A stretch of DNA of 64,000 bases from Candidatus Zhuqueibacterota bacterium. GTDB taxonomy: Bacteria > Zhuqueibacterota > Zhuqueibacteria > Thermofontimicrobiales > Thermofontimicrobiaceae. Made by a program: the position numbers and the translations under genes. Under the pieces are notes generated by a model that worked only from the letters and a program-made list of their open reading frames with translations, ran no database searches and was not told the DNA's origin. Shown one piece after another: positions 26,053 through 36,780 of the stretch. Position 1 is the first letter of the stretch, and each line of letters begins with the position of its first letter. The DNA is taken from the NCBI GenBank assembly GCA_049322915.1, contig JBMOPW010000014.1, forward strand, positions 986,774 through 1,050,773, read 5' to 3'.

Positions 26053-28089
26053 CTATTTCGTGCGCCTCCGCCTTCCGCGCCTGACCTGAGGTTTGGCTGC
26101 CGGTTTGGCCGCTGGTCTGGCTGCGGCAAGCAATTTTTTCTGCTTGCGTTTATTTTTAGCCGAGTGAAGGAGAATGATGATGATGCCCACGGCCATGACG
26201 CCGCCGCCGATCCACATCCAGTTCATGAGCGGATTGACCATCAGTACAAATGTAGCGGACTCATCCTCCTGGTAGCTGGCGAGACTAACGTACAAATCTT
26301 CAATGAGATTCGACTGAACTGCAACCTCGGTGGTGTATTGCTGCTGTCCCATGCTGGATCTGTAGTAAAAGCGCTGCGGCACCAGTGTGCCCACTTTTTT
26401 CTCGTCGACATACACGGACATTTCGGCTGTGAGCACATCTTTATTGCTATCGTTGCGCTCGCCCATCTTCTCGTACACCAGCTTGTATTTGCCGATGCTG
26501 GTTGTTTCGCCTTTTTGCAGCGTGATTTCCTTTTCCTGTTTATAGACCGTGGTTCCAACAATCGCCACGTACACCATCATCACGCCGAGATGGATCAGGT
26601 AAGCGGAATAGCGCCGCGTGTTGAGTTTCATGACAAAACCGATGGCAGCCAGGAGACTCTTATCCTGAGATCTTTTGTTCGATGCGATGTTATTGATAAT
26701 TACTGAGAAAATAATGGACAGCGTCAGGAATGCAAACCCCAGGGTGAGCAGCGCATTTGCATTGCGAACCCCCAGTGCGAACAGAATGATTGCAAAGACG
26801 AAAGAGAGGATCAGCGCCGGAATAAATCTCTTCAATGTTTTTTGAGACGTTTCGCGCCAGGTGACTATCGGGCAGATCGCTATCAGCATCAGCAGGAATA
26901 TCCCCAGTGGTACCGAAATCCGGTTGAAGTAGGGCTGACCCAGGGTGATCTGTTTTCCGATGAACAGCTCCGTGAAGGCCGGATACAGCGTCCCCCATAA
27001 GATGGCGATCATCAACACTGAGAAAATGATGTTGTTCAGGAGAAAGGTGAAATCGCGGCTCAAATAGTTGTCGATGTGTTTCGGCGATCTCAACTGGCGC
27101 AGGCGCAACAGGATGAGGAAAATAGCCGCCGCAGCAACGATTCCCATGAACACGAGAAAAAGAGTGCCGATATTGGATTTACCAAAAGCGTGCACCGAGG
27201 AGATGATGCCGCTGCGGGTGATGAACGTTCCCAGAATCGTCAGTAAAAATGTGGTCACAATGAGCACCACATTCCACACCTTCATCATATCCCGCGATTT
27301 TTGCGCCATGAGCGAATGGACAAATGCCGTCCCGGTGAGCCAGGGAAGCAGCGAGGCGTTTTCTACCGGGTCCCAGGCCCAATACCCGCCCCAGCCTAAT
27401 TCAACATAGGCCCATTGGGCGCCTAAAAGATTGCCAATGGTCAGTGAAATCCACGCGAACAGCGTCCAGTTCCGGCTACGCTCCAGCCAGTCCCAGGATA
27501 AATCGCCCCTGATCAATGCCGCTATGGCGAAGGAAAATGGAACGGTGAATCCGACGAATCCCAGGAATAGCGTGGGCGGATGAAAGATCATTTCCGGGTT
27601 TTGCAGCAGCGGATTTAATCCTAATCCGTCCGGCATTGGCGTAGGCAATTTCTCGAAAGGATTGGACGCGTAGCTGACCAGTATCAGAAAGAACAGGGTG
27701 ACGATGTTGTAAACGGTGAAGATAATCGGTTTGAGCTGAAAGTCTTCTTTACGGTTCCAAAAGACGAACATGGCATTGAACATCGTCAAGAGCCAGGCCC
27801 AGAACAGGATGGAACCGTGCTGTCCGGCCCACACCGCGGAAATGGTATAAAGCAAGGGCAACTGCCTGTCTGAATACTCGGCGACATAGCGGATAGAGAA
27901 ATCCCGCGTTAAAAATGCAACTGCCAGCAGAGCGATCGAAACAGTGGCAAAAAGAAACTGCCCGTAGATAGCAATTTCAGCATTGTGAATCAGCGATTTT
28001 ATATTTAATTTAATTCCAGAGAAGCCGGCCCAAATGGAGTATGCGGTTAGCGCGAAAGCAGCCAATAAAAAATAATAACCAATTGCCAA
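26053..28089 (-). CDS. ccmF: Cytochrome c-type biogenesis heme lyase CcmF
   Basis: GLNPLLQNP.M.FHPP, WAYVELGWGGYWAWDPVEN (WWD domain), SVHAF; TTG start with AGGAG RBS. Confidence 0.95.
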   Translation of the reverse strand: MAIGYYFLLAAFALTAYSIWAGFSGIKLNIKSLIHNAEIAIYGQFLFATVSIALLAVAFLTRDFSIRYVAEYSDRQLPLLYTISAVWAGQHGSILFWAWLLTMFNAMFVFWNRKEDFQLKPIIFTVYNIVTLFFLILVSYASNPFEKLPTPMPDGLGLNPLLQNPEMIFHPPTLFLGFVGFTVPFSFAIAALIRGDLSWDWLERSRNWTLFAWISLTIGNLLGAQWAYVELGWGGYWAWDPVENASLLPWLTGTAFVHSLMAQKSRDMMKVWNVVLIVTTFLLTILGTFITRSGIISSVHAFGKSNIGTLFLVFMGIVAAAAIFLILLRLRQLRSPKHIDNYLSRDFTFLLNNIIFSVLMIAILWGTLYPAFTELFIGKQITLGQPYFNRISVPLGIFLLMLIAICPIVTWRETSQKTLKRFIPALILSFVFAIILFALGVRNANALLTLGFAFLTLSIIFSVIINNIASNKRSQDKSLLAAIGFVMKLNTRRYSAYLIHLGVMMVYVAIVGTTVYKQEKEITLQKGETTSIGKYKLVYEKMGERNDSNKDVLTAEMSVYVDEKKVGTLVPQRFYYRSSMGQQQYTTEVAVQSNLIEDLYVSLASYQEDESATFVLMVNPLMNWMWIGGGVMAVGIIIILLHSAKNKRKQKKLLAAARPAAKPAAKPQVRRGRRRRTK

Positions 28090-28107
28090 AAGAATTCTCC
28101 TTGAAAA

Positions 28108-28491
28108 TTATTCTCGTTTTGCTTCGTATTTGGATGGACACTTCGTCATGATTTGGGTGGCAAGAAACACATTGTTCTCGTACTTGCCTTCAACGACGAC
28201 GGAAAGGTCTTCTGTAAACGTATCCGGGGCAACCCCTTTGTAACGGACATCCATCGTCCTGGAACCGTCCGTTATCTGGAATGTCAGCAGCAGGTCCCTG
28301 GCATTCCAATTGATCGAGCCCGGGACAATTTTTCCGTTGATGCGCGTCCCTTTACCAATGAATTGATCCTGCTGATCGTAAAATTCGCTCACTTCCAAAA
28401 AATAAACCGATGAATTGTTCATGCCGGACCAGAAGAGGTATCCAACAACCAGCAGGATAATGCTTCCGCCAACGGCTAATTTTTTATTCAT
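28108..28491 (-). CDS. ccmE: Heme chaperone CcmE (CxxxY variant)
   Basis: N-terminal TM, G..VPGSI, Y.GV.PDTF, VVVEG, C-terminal KCPSKY. Confidence 0.92.
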   Translation of the reverse strand: MNKKLAVGGSIILLVVGYLFWSGMNNSSVYFLEVSEFYDQQDQFIGKGTRINGKIVPGSINWNARDLLLTFQITDGSRTMDVRYKGVAPDTFTEDLSVVVEGKYENNVFLATQIMTKCPSKYEAKRE

Positions 28492-28506
28492 ATCCTTTTC
28501 CCTCCA

Positions 28507-29775
28507 TCACTTGATAATATCCGTGCCCATAAAGTCACGGAGCACTTGCGGGACAACCACCGTTCCTTCATCGGTCTGATAATTTTCCAGGATGGCGATG
28601 ACTGTTCTCGGCAGAGCCAGACCTGAACCGTTCAGCGTATGCACCAGTTCCGGTTTCGCGGAGGCATTTCGTTTGAATCGAATATTCATGCGCCGCGCCT
28701 GAAAATCTTCAAAATTGCTGCACGAGGAAACCTCCAGCCATTTGCGCAATCCGCTCGCCCAGACTTCGATGTCGTAGCATTTAGCCGCGGCGAAACTGAG
28801 GTCCCCGGTGGCAAGGCTCAGCACGCGATAGGGCAGACCAAGCAGTTGCAGCACTTCTTCTGCATTCTGTAGCAGCGATTCCAGCTCGTCGTAAGATGTT
28901 TCCGGCCTGACGAATTTCACCATTTCCACTTTGTCGAACTGGTGCACGCGAATGAGTCCGCGGGTATCCTTGCCATAGGTGCCGGCCTCTCGCCGGAAAC
29001 AGGGGGTGAAAGCCGTGTAATACACCGGCAGTTGCTCGTCCTGCAATGTCACATCCCGCAACAGGTTCGTCACTGTCACTTCGGCAGTGGGAATCAAAAA
29101 TAAATCGTCGAGAGTCGCCAGGTACATATCCTCTTCGAGCTTGGGCAATTGCCCTGTGCCGAACATGCTCTCCCTGTTGGCAAGATAGGGTGGCGACACT
29201 TCGGTGTAACCGTGCTTTTTCACGTGCAGGTCCAGCATGAACGCGATCAACGCCCGCTGCAATCGGGCTCCCAGTCCAACGGTATTGATGAACGAGGAAC
29301 CAGCTACTTTGGCGCCGCCAGCCAGATCAAGGATGCCCAATTTTTCTCCCACTTCCCAGTGAGGAAGCGGCTTGAAATCCTGCTGCGGCAAATCACCCCA
29401 CGTACGAACCACCTCATTGGCCGACTCATCCTTGCCTTGCGGCACCGATGCGTGCGGGATATTCGGTATCCGGATCAGGATGTTGTATATGGTTTCATCG
29501 ATGACTTTGATTTTGTCATCGATGAGTTTTATCCGTTCGGATACCTCTTTCATTTTGCTGATGATTTCAGAAGCGTCCTGCTTCTGCTTTTTCAATCGTC
29601 CAACTTCTTCCGAAACAGTGTTCCGCTGATGTTTGAGTTCCTCGACCTCGGTTAACAGCTCGCGTTTCTCAGCATCCGTGGCCAGCAGCAAATCAATGTC
29701 AGCATGGTCGTTCTTTAACTGAACTGCCCGCTTCACGGTTTCAACATTTTGCCGGATGTACCTGATATCTAACAT
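28507..29775 (-). CDS. serS: Serine--tRNA ligase
   Basis: MLDIRYIR start, LIPTAEV, CFRREAG, RVHQFDKVE, EVSSCSN, HTLNGSGLA. Confidence 0.97.
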   Translation of the reverse strand: MLDIRYIRQNVETVKRAVQLKNDHADIDLLLATDAEKRELLTEVEELKHQRNTVSEEVGRLKKQKQDASEIISKMKEVSERIKLIDDKIKVIDETIYNILIRIPNIPHASVPQGKDESANEVVRTWGDLPQQDFKPLPHWEVGEKLGILDLAGGAKVAGSSFINTVGLGARLQRALIAFMLDLHVKKHGYTEVSPPYLANRESMFGTGQLPKLEEDMYLATLDDLFLIPTAEVTVTNLLRDVTLQDEQLPVYYTAFTPCFRREAGTYGKDTRGLIRVHQFDKVEMVKFVRPETSYDELESLLQNAEEVLQLLGLPYRVLSLATGDLSFAAAKCYDIEVWASGLRKWLEVSSCSNFEDFQARRMNIRFKRNASAKPELVHTLNGSGLALPRTVIAILENYQTDEGTVVVPQVLRDFMGTDIIK

Positions 29776-30015
29776 AGTTTTCCTCAGTATCTGAAATTTT
29801 TTGAATCGCCCTGATGACGGCGGAAAGGGCTTTCGACGCGTTTGGCTGTGCCAATGAACCAGCTGGAAGCCTGTTACTTTTCCCCGGACACCTCGAAAGG
29901 CAACCATGACGGAGGCCCGCGCTGAAATGCACAGGTGCATTGAGCGAACATCGCTGCTCCGTGCAATTCCGACCTGCTGGTAAAAATTCAGCGCGCGCTG
30001 CTCAAAAAGATCCGA

Positions 30016-31416
30016 TCATTGCCCTTTGCCGGCGATCATGACGTAAAGTGTATTTAATAATATTTTTAAATCCATTCTCAGGGACATATTTTCGAGATAA
30101 AATAAATCGAATTCCAATTTCTTCCGAACGTTATCGACACTTGTATCGTAGCCGGCTTTGATCTGAGCCCAGCCGGTAATGCCGGGTTTCATACGCAACC
30201 GTCGCGAATACAGAGGTATTTCGCGCTTCAATTTGTCGACGAAGAAAGGGCGCTCCGGACGCGGCCCAATCAGACTCATATCATTGAACAGAATATTGAA
30301 GAATTGGGGAATTTCATCGATCCGCATTTTGCGCATGATTTTCCCGACAACAGTCACGCGCGGATCTGTCTCATCGGCCCAAATCGGCCCGGTCTCTTTT
30401 TCAGCGCGATGCACCATGGAGCGAAATTTGAAAATCGTGAAAATTCTGCCGTTCATGCCCACGCGTTTTTGTTTGAACAGAACCGGCCCGGATGATTCCA
30501 GTTTGATGGCCAGAGCGACCAGAATCCAGATCGGCGAGAATACAATCAGCACAAACAGCGATATTCCAATGTCCATGGTGCGCTTCACCCGTTTTTCCCA
30601 GGGCGGCATGAGCTGCGGTAAAATTTCCATCAGCGGCACGCCGTAGAGCTGATTGGTTCGACCATAGCCCATGACGATGTCGTAAATATCAGGCACAATC
30701 TTCAACTGGACCGGCAGGGAATCGCATCGCGAGATGATGCTCAGCACTTGTTTCGGTGCGACTTCCTTGGGGGCAATGACGATCTCTTCGACTTTGTACT
30801 GGTCAACGAGGCGGGCAATTTCCTTCACCGAGCCAATGACCCGCGTCCCGTCGTGCTGTTCATTTATCCTGTCTTTTGAGAGAGAGACGAATCCCACCAC
30901 TTCGTAGCCCAGGGCTGGTGATTTTTTCAATTGATCGTAAACCGCCCGGGATTTATCGCTCCACCCAATGATGACGGTATTTCTGCGACCAATGCCTATC
31001 TGGAGCAATTTTCGTTGAATTGTCCGGATGATGATGCGACCGAGGCTGACGACAAACACGAGCATGAACCAGTAAGAGATGATCATGACCCGGCTGAATG
31101 GCGGCGTTGAGTTCAGATCGATGCGATAGTCCGAAGTGAGCAGGAAGATGAGGAACACGCCGATACTGACTGTTTTGAGGACCGCGATGAATTCATCGAA
31201 CCGCGAATGGGCGTACCAGGATTTGTAAAGCCCATAGAAAAAAAACAGAAAGAACCAGAACAGGAAAATCAGATTCGACAAAAAGAAATTATAGAAAATG
31301 CCGTCTTCTGTGTAATACCCCAACTTCTGTCGAAGCAAACCCCAAAAGAAAAACGTGACGTGAATCGCCAGGTAATCAACGAGAATGAGAAGTATTTTTT
31401 CAATAGTTTTGGGCAT
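30016..31416 (-). CDS. Undecaprenyl-phosphate sugar phosphotransferase (WcaJ-like priming transferase)
   Basis: N-terminal TMs; KR..D, FKFRSM, RIDEIPQF.N, MSLIGPRPER, KPGITGWAQ. Confidence 0.92.
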   Translation of the reverse strand: MPKTIEKILLILVDYLAIHVTFFFWGLLRQKLGYYTEDGIFYNFFLSNLIFLFWFFLFFFYGLYKSWYAHSRFDEFIAVLKTVSIGVFLIFLLTSDYRIDLNSTPPFSRVMIISYWFMLVFVVSLGRIIIRTIQRKLLQIGIGRRNTVIIGWSDKSRAVYDQLKKSPALGYEVVGFVSLSKDRINEQHDGTRVIGSVKEIARLVDQYKVEEIVIAPKEVAPKQVLSIISRCDSLPVQLKIVPDIYDIVMGYGRTNQLYGVPLMEILPQLMPPWEKRVKRTMDIGISLFVLIVFSPIWILVALAIKLESSGPVLFKQKRVGMNGRIFTIFKFRSMVHRAEKETGPIWADETDPRVTVVGKIMRKMRIDEIPQFFNILFNDMSLIGPRPERPFFVDKLKREIPLYSRRLRMKPGITGWAQIKAGYDTSVDNVRKKLEFDLFYLENMSLRMDLKILLNTLYVMIAGKGQ

Positions 31417-32007
31417 TTATAAGCGTTTCATTCGAATGGGTTCCCACATTGCGACTTTAGACTTTTCAGCAAAACGGAATTTCATAGCAGTCAAGTTGGC
31501 CGTGTGAACAAGACAACAATTGAACGACGCACCGGACTATCCACGGCGCTAAATTATCACTTATATACGATCCAAATCAGGCAGCCGGCGAAATTGAGAC
31601 TGATGATGGGCTGGAATTGGTCGTCCATCCCGACTGTTTTGCGCTTCAATTTTCCGAAATGAAAAATGAATCAGCGCCGCCGAAATGGGCATACACGATC
31701 TGAAAACAGCTCCGCAGAGAAACATCTCCTTCATAATTTGGCCGATTTGGTTTTTCACTGGTCATGGAATACGTTCTGAAAAATGACAGTGATTACACGA
31801 ACAACAAATTCGGTTCGTTCCAACACATGCACCGAACTTATGCCACGAGGACAGGATTCCGGGAAATTTCATTGGTAAATTCAACCCAGGGTCGAATGCG
31901 GCGCGTCGGCCAGCACTGCATTGCCAGGGATCTGTTGAATTTCCACTCCTTGACAATTTTATTTGATTCATTGTATCGGGAAACGCAATTAAAGTCTGAT
32001 TCAAATT

Positions 32008-33102
32008 TCAGGCACGGTACTGCTCCAGAACCCGGACAATTCTCAGTGCTGATTTGCCGTCCCATAATTCCGGAATGGCGCCGACTTTCTTCTTGCCTGA
32101 CAAAATCTGGAGCGCCTCAGCGACAATTTTGTCGGAATCCATGCCGACGAGCACATTGGTCCCCACTTCGATTGTCACGGGACGCTCGGTATTCTCGCGC
32201 AATGTGAGGCACGGAATTCCAAGCACGGTCGTCTCTTCCTGGATTCCTCCGGAGTCCGTCAACACGAGCGCGGCGTGCTCCATCAGATGCAGGAAGTCGA
32301 GATAGCCCAGCGGATCGACCAGCTTCAGATTTTTCATCGACTCAACTTGTTGAGAGAATTCAAATTTAGCGATCATCTTTTTCGAGCGCGGATGAATGGG
32401 AAAAATGATAGGAATTTCTTTTTGAATCGCTTCCAGCGCATCGAGGATTCGCTTGAATTGAATCGGGTCATCGACATTGGACGGACGATGAAGGGTCAGC
32501 AGCGTATAGGGCGCTGAGTCCAGATTAAATTGAGCGAGAATGTGTGAATCAGCAGCCTTTTCCCTGTAGTAGAGCAATGAATCGATCATCACATTTCCGA
32601 CAAAAAAGATCTTCTTTTCCGGCGCGCCTTCTTTGAGGAGATTGATCCGACCGCTTTCCTCAGTGATGAATAGCAATTCAGCCAAAGAGTCGGTGACAAT
32701 CCGGTTGATCTCCTCCGGCATGGTTCGGTCGAAGCTGCGCAATCCAGCTTCCACGTGGGCAATGGGAATGCAAAGTTTGGATGCGACCAGCGACGCGGCC
32801 AGAGTGGAGTTCACATCTCCGACGACGAGAATCATGTCCGGCTTGTGTTCCATCATGACCTGTTCCAATTTCATCATGACTTCGCCGGTTTGCTGAGCAT
32901 GCGAGCCAGAACCCACGCCCAAATAGATGTCCGGCTCGGGCAATTCCAGGTCGTCAAAGAAAATCTTGGACATGATGCGATCATAGTGCTGGCCGGTATG
33001 CGTGAGTATCGGTTCAAACGCATCCGATTTCATCATGAGCCGGTGAATGGGTGCAATCTTCATGAAATTGGGGCGGGCCCCAACAATGTTCAATATTTTC
33101 AT
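32008..33102 (-). CDS. wecB: UDP-N-acetylglucosamine 2-epimerase (non-hydrolysing)
   Basis: GARPNFMK, HTGQHYD, HVEAGLRSFD..MPEEINR, TDSGGIQEE, RENTERP. Confidence 0.93.
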   Translation of the reverse strand: MKILNIVGARPNFMKIAPIHRLMMKSDAFEPILTHTGQHYDRIMSKIFFDDLELPEPDIYLGVGSGSHAQQTGEVMMKLEQVMMEHKPDMILVVGDVNSTLAASLVASKLCIPIAHVEAGLRSFDRTMPEEINRIVTDSLAELLFITEESGRINLLKEGAPEKKIFFVGNVMIDSLLYYREKAADSHILAQFNLDSAPYTLLTLHRPSNVDDPIQFKRILDALEAIQKEIPIIFPIHPRSKKMIAKFEFSQQVESMKNLKLVDPLGYLDFLHLMEHAALVLTDSGGIQEETTVLGIPCLTLRENTERPVTIEVGTNVLVGMDSDKIVAEALQILSGKKKVGAIPELWDGKSALRIVRVLEQYRA

Positions 33103-33370
33103 CAGTGCAGGTATCCATGTATATTTTGAAAGTAAACCGGGCGCATCGTGCAATGAAAATCATGATCAATGACCCGAACTCATCAGACGCGCAGGTGGTT
33201 TTCCAGATGTGCAATCAATGCCCGCTTGGACATGTCCTGATGAGGCAGGCCAAAGTTAAAAAAATGTCACAGCCCGGTTTAATATGCCAATGCTTCGATA
33301 AGACATCGAAGCATTGGCGGATAATTGAATGTTTTTTATGTTAGCAAAGGTGTAACTACTATTGCTGGGT

Positions 33371-34726
33371 TTATGAATTTTTATTGTCCGGGACATCGTA
33401 ATAGAACCCCCGCCCAGAGCCCAACTTGACAATCTTATGGAGATCTGTCTTCACATGTTTGGTCAGGTTTCGGGTATCGACCACGGCCTTTGAATTTTTG
33501 ACGATGAACTCAGCATCATAGGCGGAATGGTCAGCAGTTATTACGACGATATCCTGTTGTTGCAGCAGTTCTTTGGTGAGCGGTTGCGATTGATACTTTT
33601 TCCCGCCAAGCTTGATTTCCGGAATGAAGGGATCGTTGTAGCACAAATTCGTCGCGCCACGCTGCAACAGCAATTCCATCACCCGGAGCGCGGGCGAATT
33701 TCGCCTGTCATCCACATTCTTTTTAAAGGCAACGCCTAACATTAAAATTTTGCCCTTGCGAATGGATGATTCCACATTCCCCAGCGCTTTGCGGATATTC
33801 CCGACCACGTAGAACGGCATCTCTTCGTTGGTCTCGGCAGCCAGTTCGATGAATTTTGTATGGAAATCATATTCTCGTGCTTTCCAGGCTAAATAGTACG
33901 GATCCACCAGAATGCAGTGACCGCCGATTCCCGGGCCGGGGTAGAATGGCATGTAGCCGAACGGCTTGGTTGCCGCCGCATCGATGACTTCCCAAATATC
34001 GATGCCGCCCATTCGGTCGCACAGTCGCGCCATTTCATTGACCAATGCGATATTCACGCTTCGGAAAATATTTTCCAGCAATTTTTCCATTTCAGCAACG
34101 CGCGGATTGGAGACCACATGGACGTGATTGACAACCTGGGCAATAGCTGTGCGCGCGACTTCGGTACATTTTTCAGTGACGCCACCCACGACAACCGGGG
34201 TATTTTCGGTTGTAAAGGCCTTATTGCCCGGATCAATTCGCTCAGGAGAAAATGCCAGGTAATAATCCTTGCCCACCTTTAAACCGGTTTTATCGAAAAT
34301 TGGCAGCACGATCTTTTCTGTCGTTTCCGGGTACGTGGTGCTCTTCAGAATAATGACTTGTTCCTTGCGGAGCCCACTGGCAATTCCATTTGCTGAGTCG
34401 ACAATATAACTGACATCCGGGTCTTTGTTGGGGGTAAATGGAGTTGGCACGCAAATATAAATAATATCCAGATCAGAAATTAATTTATAGTCAGTATACG
34501 CTACAAATTTTTTATCCTGAATGGCTTTATTAAATTTGCTCGGCTCAATATCATCGATGTAGTTTTCACCCTTGTCGAGTTTCTCTTTTTTCCGGGTATC
34601 GATATCGATACCAACCACGGAGAATCCATTGACCGCGTACTCAATCGCCAAAGGCAATCCAACATAACCCAGTCCAATTATACCGACCTTCGCGCTCTTA
34701 TCATGAATCTTTTCGATTAACCCCAT
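33371..34726 (-). CDS. UDP-N-acetyl-hexosamine 6-dehydrogenase (WbpA/WbpO-like)
   Basis: GLGYVGLP, ICVPTP, STTYP.TT, FSPERIDPG, KLLENIFRSVNIA, GPGIGGHC. Confidence 0.92.
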   Translation of the reverse strand: MGLIEKIHDKSAKVGIIGLGYVGLPLAIEYAVNGFSVVGIDIDTRKKEKLDKGENYIDDIEPSKFNKAIQDKKFVAYTDYKLISDLDIIYICVPTPFTPNKDPDVSYIVDSANGIASGLRKEQVIILKSTTYPETTEKIVLPIFDKTGLKVGKDYYLAFSPERIDPGNKAFTTENTPVVVGGVTEKCTEVARTAIAQVVNHVHVVSNPRVAEMEKLLENIFRSVNIALVNEMARLCDRMGGIDIWEVIDAAATKPFGYMPFYPGPGIGGHCILVDPYYLAWKAREYDFHTKFIELAAETNEEMPFYVVGNIRKALGNVESSIRKGKILMLGVAFKKNVDDRRNSPALRVMELLLQRGATNLCYNDPFIPEIKLGGKKYQSQPLTKELLQQQDIVVITADHSAYDAEFIVKNSKAVVDTRNLTKHVKTDLHKIVKLGSGRGFYYDVPDNKNS

Positions 34727-34778
34727 ACGCACTCCACTAGTTATAAATTAAATTTGACAATATGTGAAACATCGTTTA

Positions 34779-35777
34779 TTACATGTTATAATGCTCTTTA
34801 TAGTATTTCAAATATTCACCGCTTTTTATTTTCTTCCACCACCAATCGTTGTTCTTGTACCACATTATCGTCGATGACATCGCCTTTTCGAACGTATAGT
34901 TGGGATTCCAGCCCATCGCAGCGATCTTGTCACAATTCAATGAGTAGCGCCGATCATGGCCGGGGCGGTCTTTGACGTATTTGATCAGGCTGCGCGGTTT
35001 GTCCAGTTCCATCAGAATCAAGTCGGTGATTTCCAGATTATTCTTCTCATTCTTCCCGCCAATATTGTACACCTCGCCATTTGTCCCATTGCGCAGAACG
35101 AAATCGATAGCGTCACAATGGTCGTAGACGTGGATCCAATCGCGGACATTTTTACCATCGCCGTATAGCGGAAGCTGTTTATCCTCGATGGCATTGGTGA
35201 CAAAAAGCGGAATCAGTTTTTCCGGGTATTGGTACGGTCCGAAATTATTGGAGCAGCGGGTGATGATGATTGGCAAATCATAAGTGACAAAATAGGAAAA
35301 GGCAAGCCTATCTGCGCCTGCTTTCGAGGCCGAATACGGGCTGGACGGCATCAACGGGTCTGTTTCTGTGAACGAACCCTTTTCAATGCTGCCATAAACT
35401 TCATCCGTGCTGATCTGGATAAACTTTTTGATCTTAACGTTGCGGGCGCTTTCCAGCAGAACAAACGTGCCGTAAATATCAGTTTTGATAAAATCGTCCG
35501 GTGATCCAATGGATCGGTCAACGTGACTCTCCGCGGCAAAATTTACCACATAATCCACACCGGCCATCCATTTTTCGACGAGGGCTTTGTCGGCTATATC
35601 CCCCTTGACGAAAGTATAGTTTGGATTATTCTCTACATCCTTGAGATTGTCCGGATTGCCGGCATAGGTGAGCTTATCGAGATTGATGACATGAACGTTG
35701 CTGTATTTATTGAATAAATAATGAATATAATTACTACCTATGAATCCAGCCCCACCTGTAACTAAATACGTCGCCAT
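34779..35777 (-). CDS. rfbB: dTDP-glucose 4,6-dehydratase
   Basis: TGGAGFIGS, DKLTYAGN, AAESHVDRSI, STDEVYG, PYSASKA, DRPGHDRRY. Confidence 0.95.
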   Translation of the reverse strand: MATYLVTGGAGFIGSNYIHYLFNKYSNVHVINLDKLTYAGNPDNLKDVENNPNYTFVKGDIADKALVEKWMAGVDYVVNFAAESHVDRSIGSPDDFIKTDIYGTFVLLESARNVKIKKFIQISTDEVYGSIEKGSFTETDPLMPSSPYSASKAGADRLAFSYFVTYDLPIIITRCSNNFGPYQYPEKLIPLFVTNAIEDKQLPLYGDGKNVRDWIHVYDHCDAIDFVLRNGTNGEVYNIGGKNEKNNLEITDLILMELDKPRSLIKYVKDRPGHDRRYSLNCDKIAAMGWNPNYTFEKAMSSTIMWYKNNDWWWKKIKSGEYLKYYKEHYNM

Positions 35778-35797
35778 AAACGCTATCCCTCAGTTAG

Positions 35798-36253
35798 TTA
35801 GCCCATCTTAATGTCCCAATCATAGGGTATTTCGTCCGAATCGTATGCCAAACGAAACTCATCCGGATTTTTATAGTTGTATGCTTCGGTCACATTGTTA
35901 ATAACAATTGCCTCGTAATCGCTAATGCACTTCCATCCGTGATAAACGCCAATCGGTACGTGCACCAGAATTGGATTGTGTTCACCAGCGAAAAACTCAT
36001 TCACTTCACCCCTGGTTGGCGAAGAGGGTCTGGGGTCATAAAGGACGATCTTTAACATGCCGGATATGACCGTGATATTGTCCTCTTGAAGCTTGTGAAA
36101 ATGCCAGCCTTTGATCACGCCGGGGTAGGTTGTCGTCATGTACACCTGACCGAATTTTTTGAATAGCGGATCATCCACCCGGAGGATCTCCATCAATCGA
36201 CCGCGTTCGTCCGGCATGACCCGTAATTTTTTAATTTCTACTCCATCAATCAT
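35798..36253 (-). CDS. rfbC: dTDP-4-dehydrorhamnose 3,5-epimerase family protein
   Basis: DERG.L.E, GVIKGWHFH, D.RP.SPT, VP.GVYHG cupin motifs; adjacent to rfbB. Confidence 0.88.
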   Translation of the reverse strand: MIDGVEIKKLRVMPDERGRLMEILRVDDPLFKKFGQVYMTTTYPGVIKGWHFHKLQEDNITVISGMLKIVLYDPRPSSPTRGEVNEFFAGEHNPILVHVPIGVYHGWKCISDYEAIVINNVTEAYNYKNPDEFRLAYDSDEIPYDWDIKMG

Positions 36254-36709
36254 GATGCATTCCTTCGTTGTTCGATGTTCCTGAGTCTGCCCGTTAAATC
36301 TTTTTGAAGTCGAAAAATGTACAAAATTCTTTTTTAAAAGTCAATGATTTAATTCCAGTTAGTCGACTCCATCAGATAATCATATATCGTAAACAAAAGA
36401 TTAATCTTTAATAGATTAACCGTATTCGACAAAATCTCTATCTAAATTATTTTTTTGTAATTAAAAAAAGTGCGATTTGAGTCTCTTGGATTCCTCTCTC
36501 TCGCCGCGTGCATGGCGCGGTTCCTGTGCAGGGGTGAGTTCGGTTCATGTCCATGAAATCTCATTTAGAATCGCGTTATGATTGAAAAGTAAAAAGGGCG
36601 CCATTCAAGCTCGGGTCAAAGGTAATACCGAGTCCGCATCTTTTCCTGCGCATCCATTGAAGCCTCAAAATGATTTCCCGGAGCTAAAGGTGTAAATCAA
36701 ATAAATACC

Positions 36710-36738
36710 TTGCTTTTTAGGTTGAAATTATGTATTAT
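36710..36738 (+). promoter_or_regulatory. Putative sigma70 promoter for the NhaC-family gene
   Basis: TTGCTT-17 nt-TATTAT, 43 nt before the GTG start. Confidence 0.5.
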
Positions 36739-36780
36739 TGGGAAAATTTTTTTGACCTCTAACTTCCCAAAGGAGCTGCA

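Noticed and set aside
31417..32007. ORFs and a TGGCAT...TGCA sigma54-like site in the wecB-sugar transferase gap
   Set aside because: Overlapping short ORFs lack motifs; the GG-to-GC spacing is 2 nt too long for a -24/-12 box
36254..36780. Lysine or other riboswitch upstream of the NhaC-family gene
   Set aside because: No aptamer consensus recognised, and a plausible promoter lies only about 40 nt from the start
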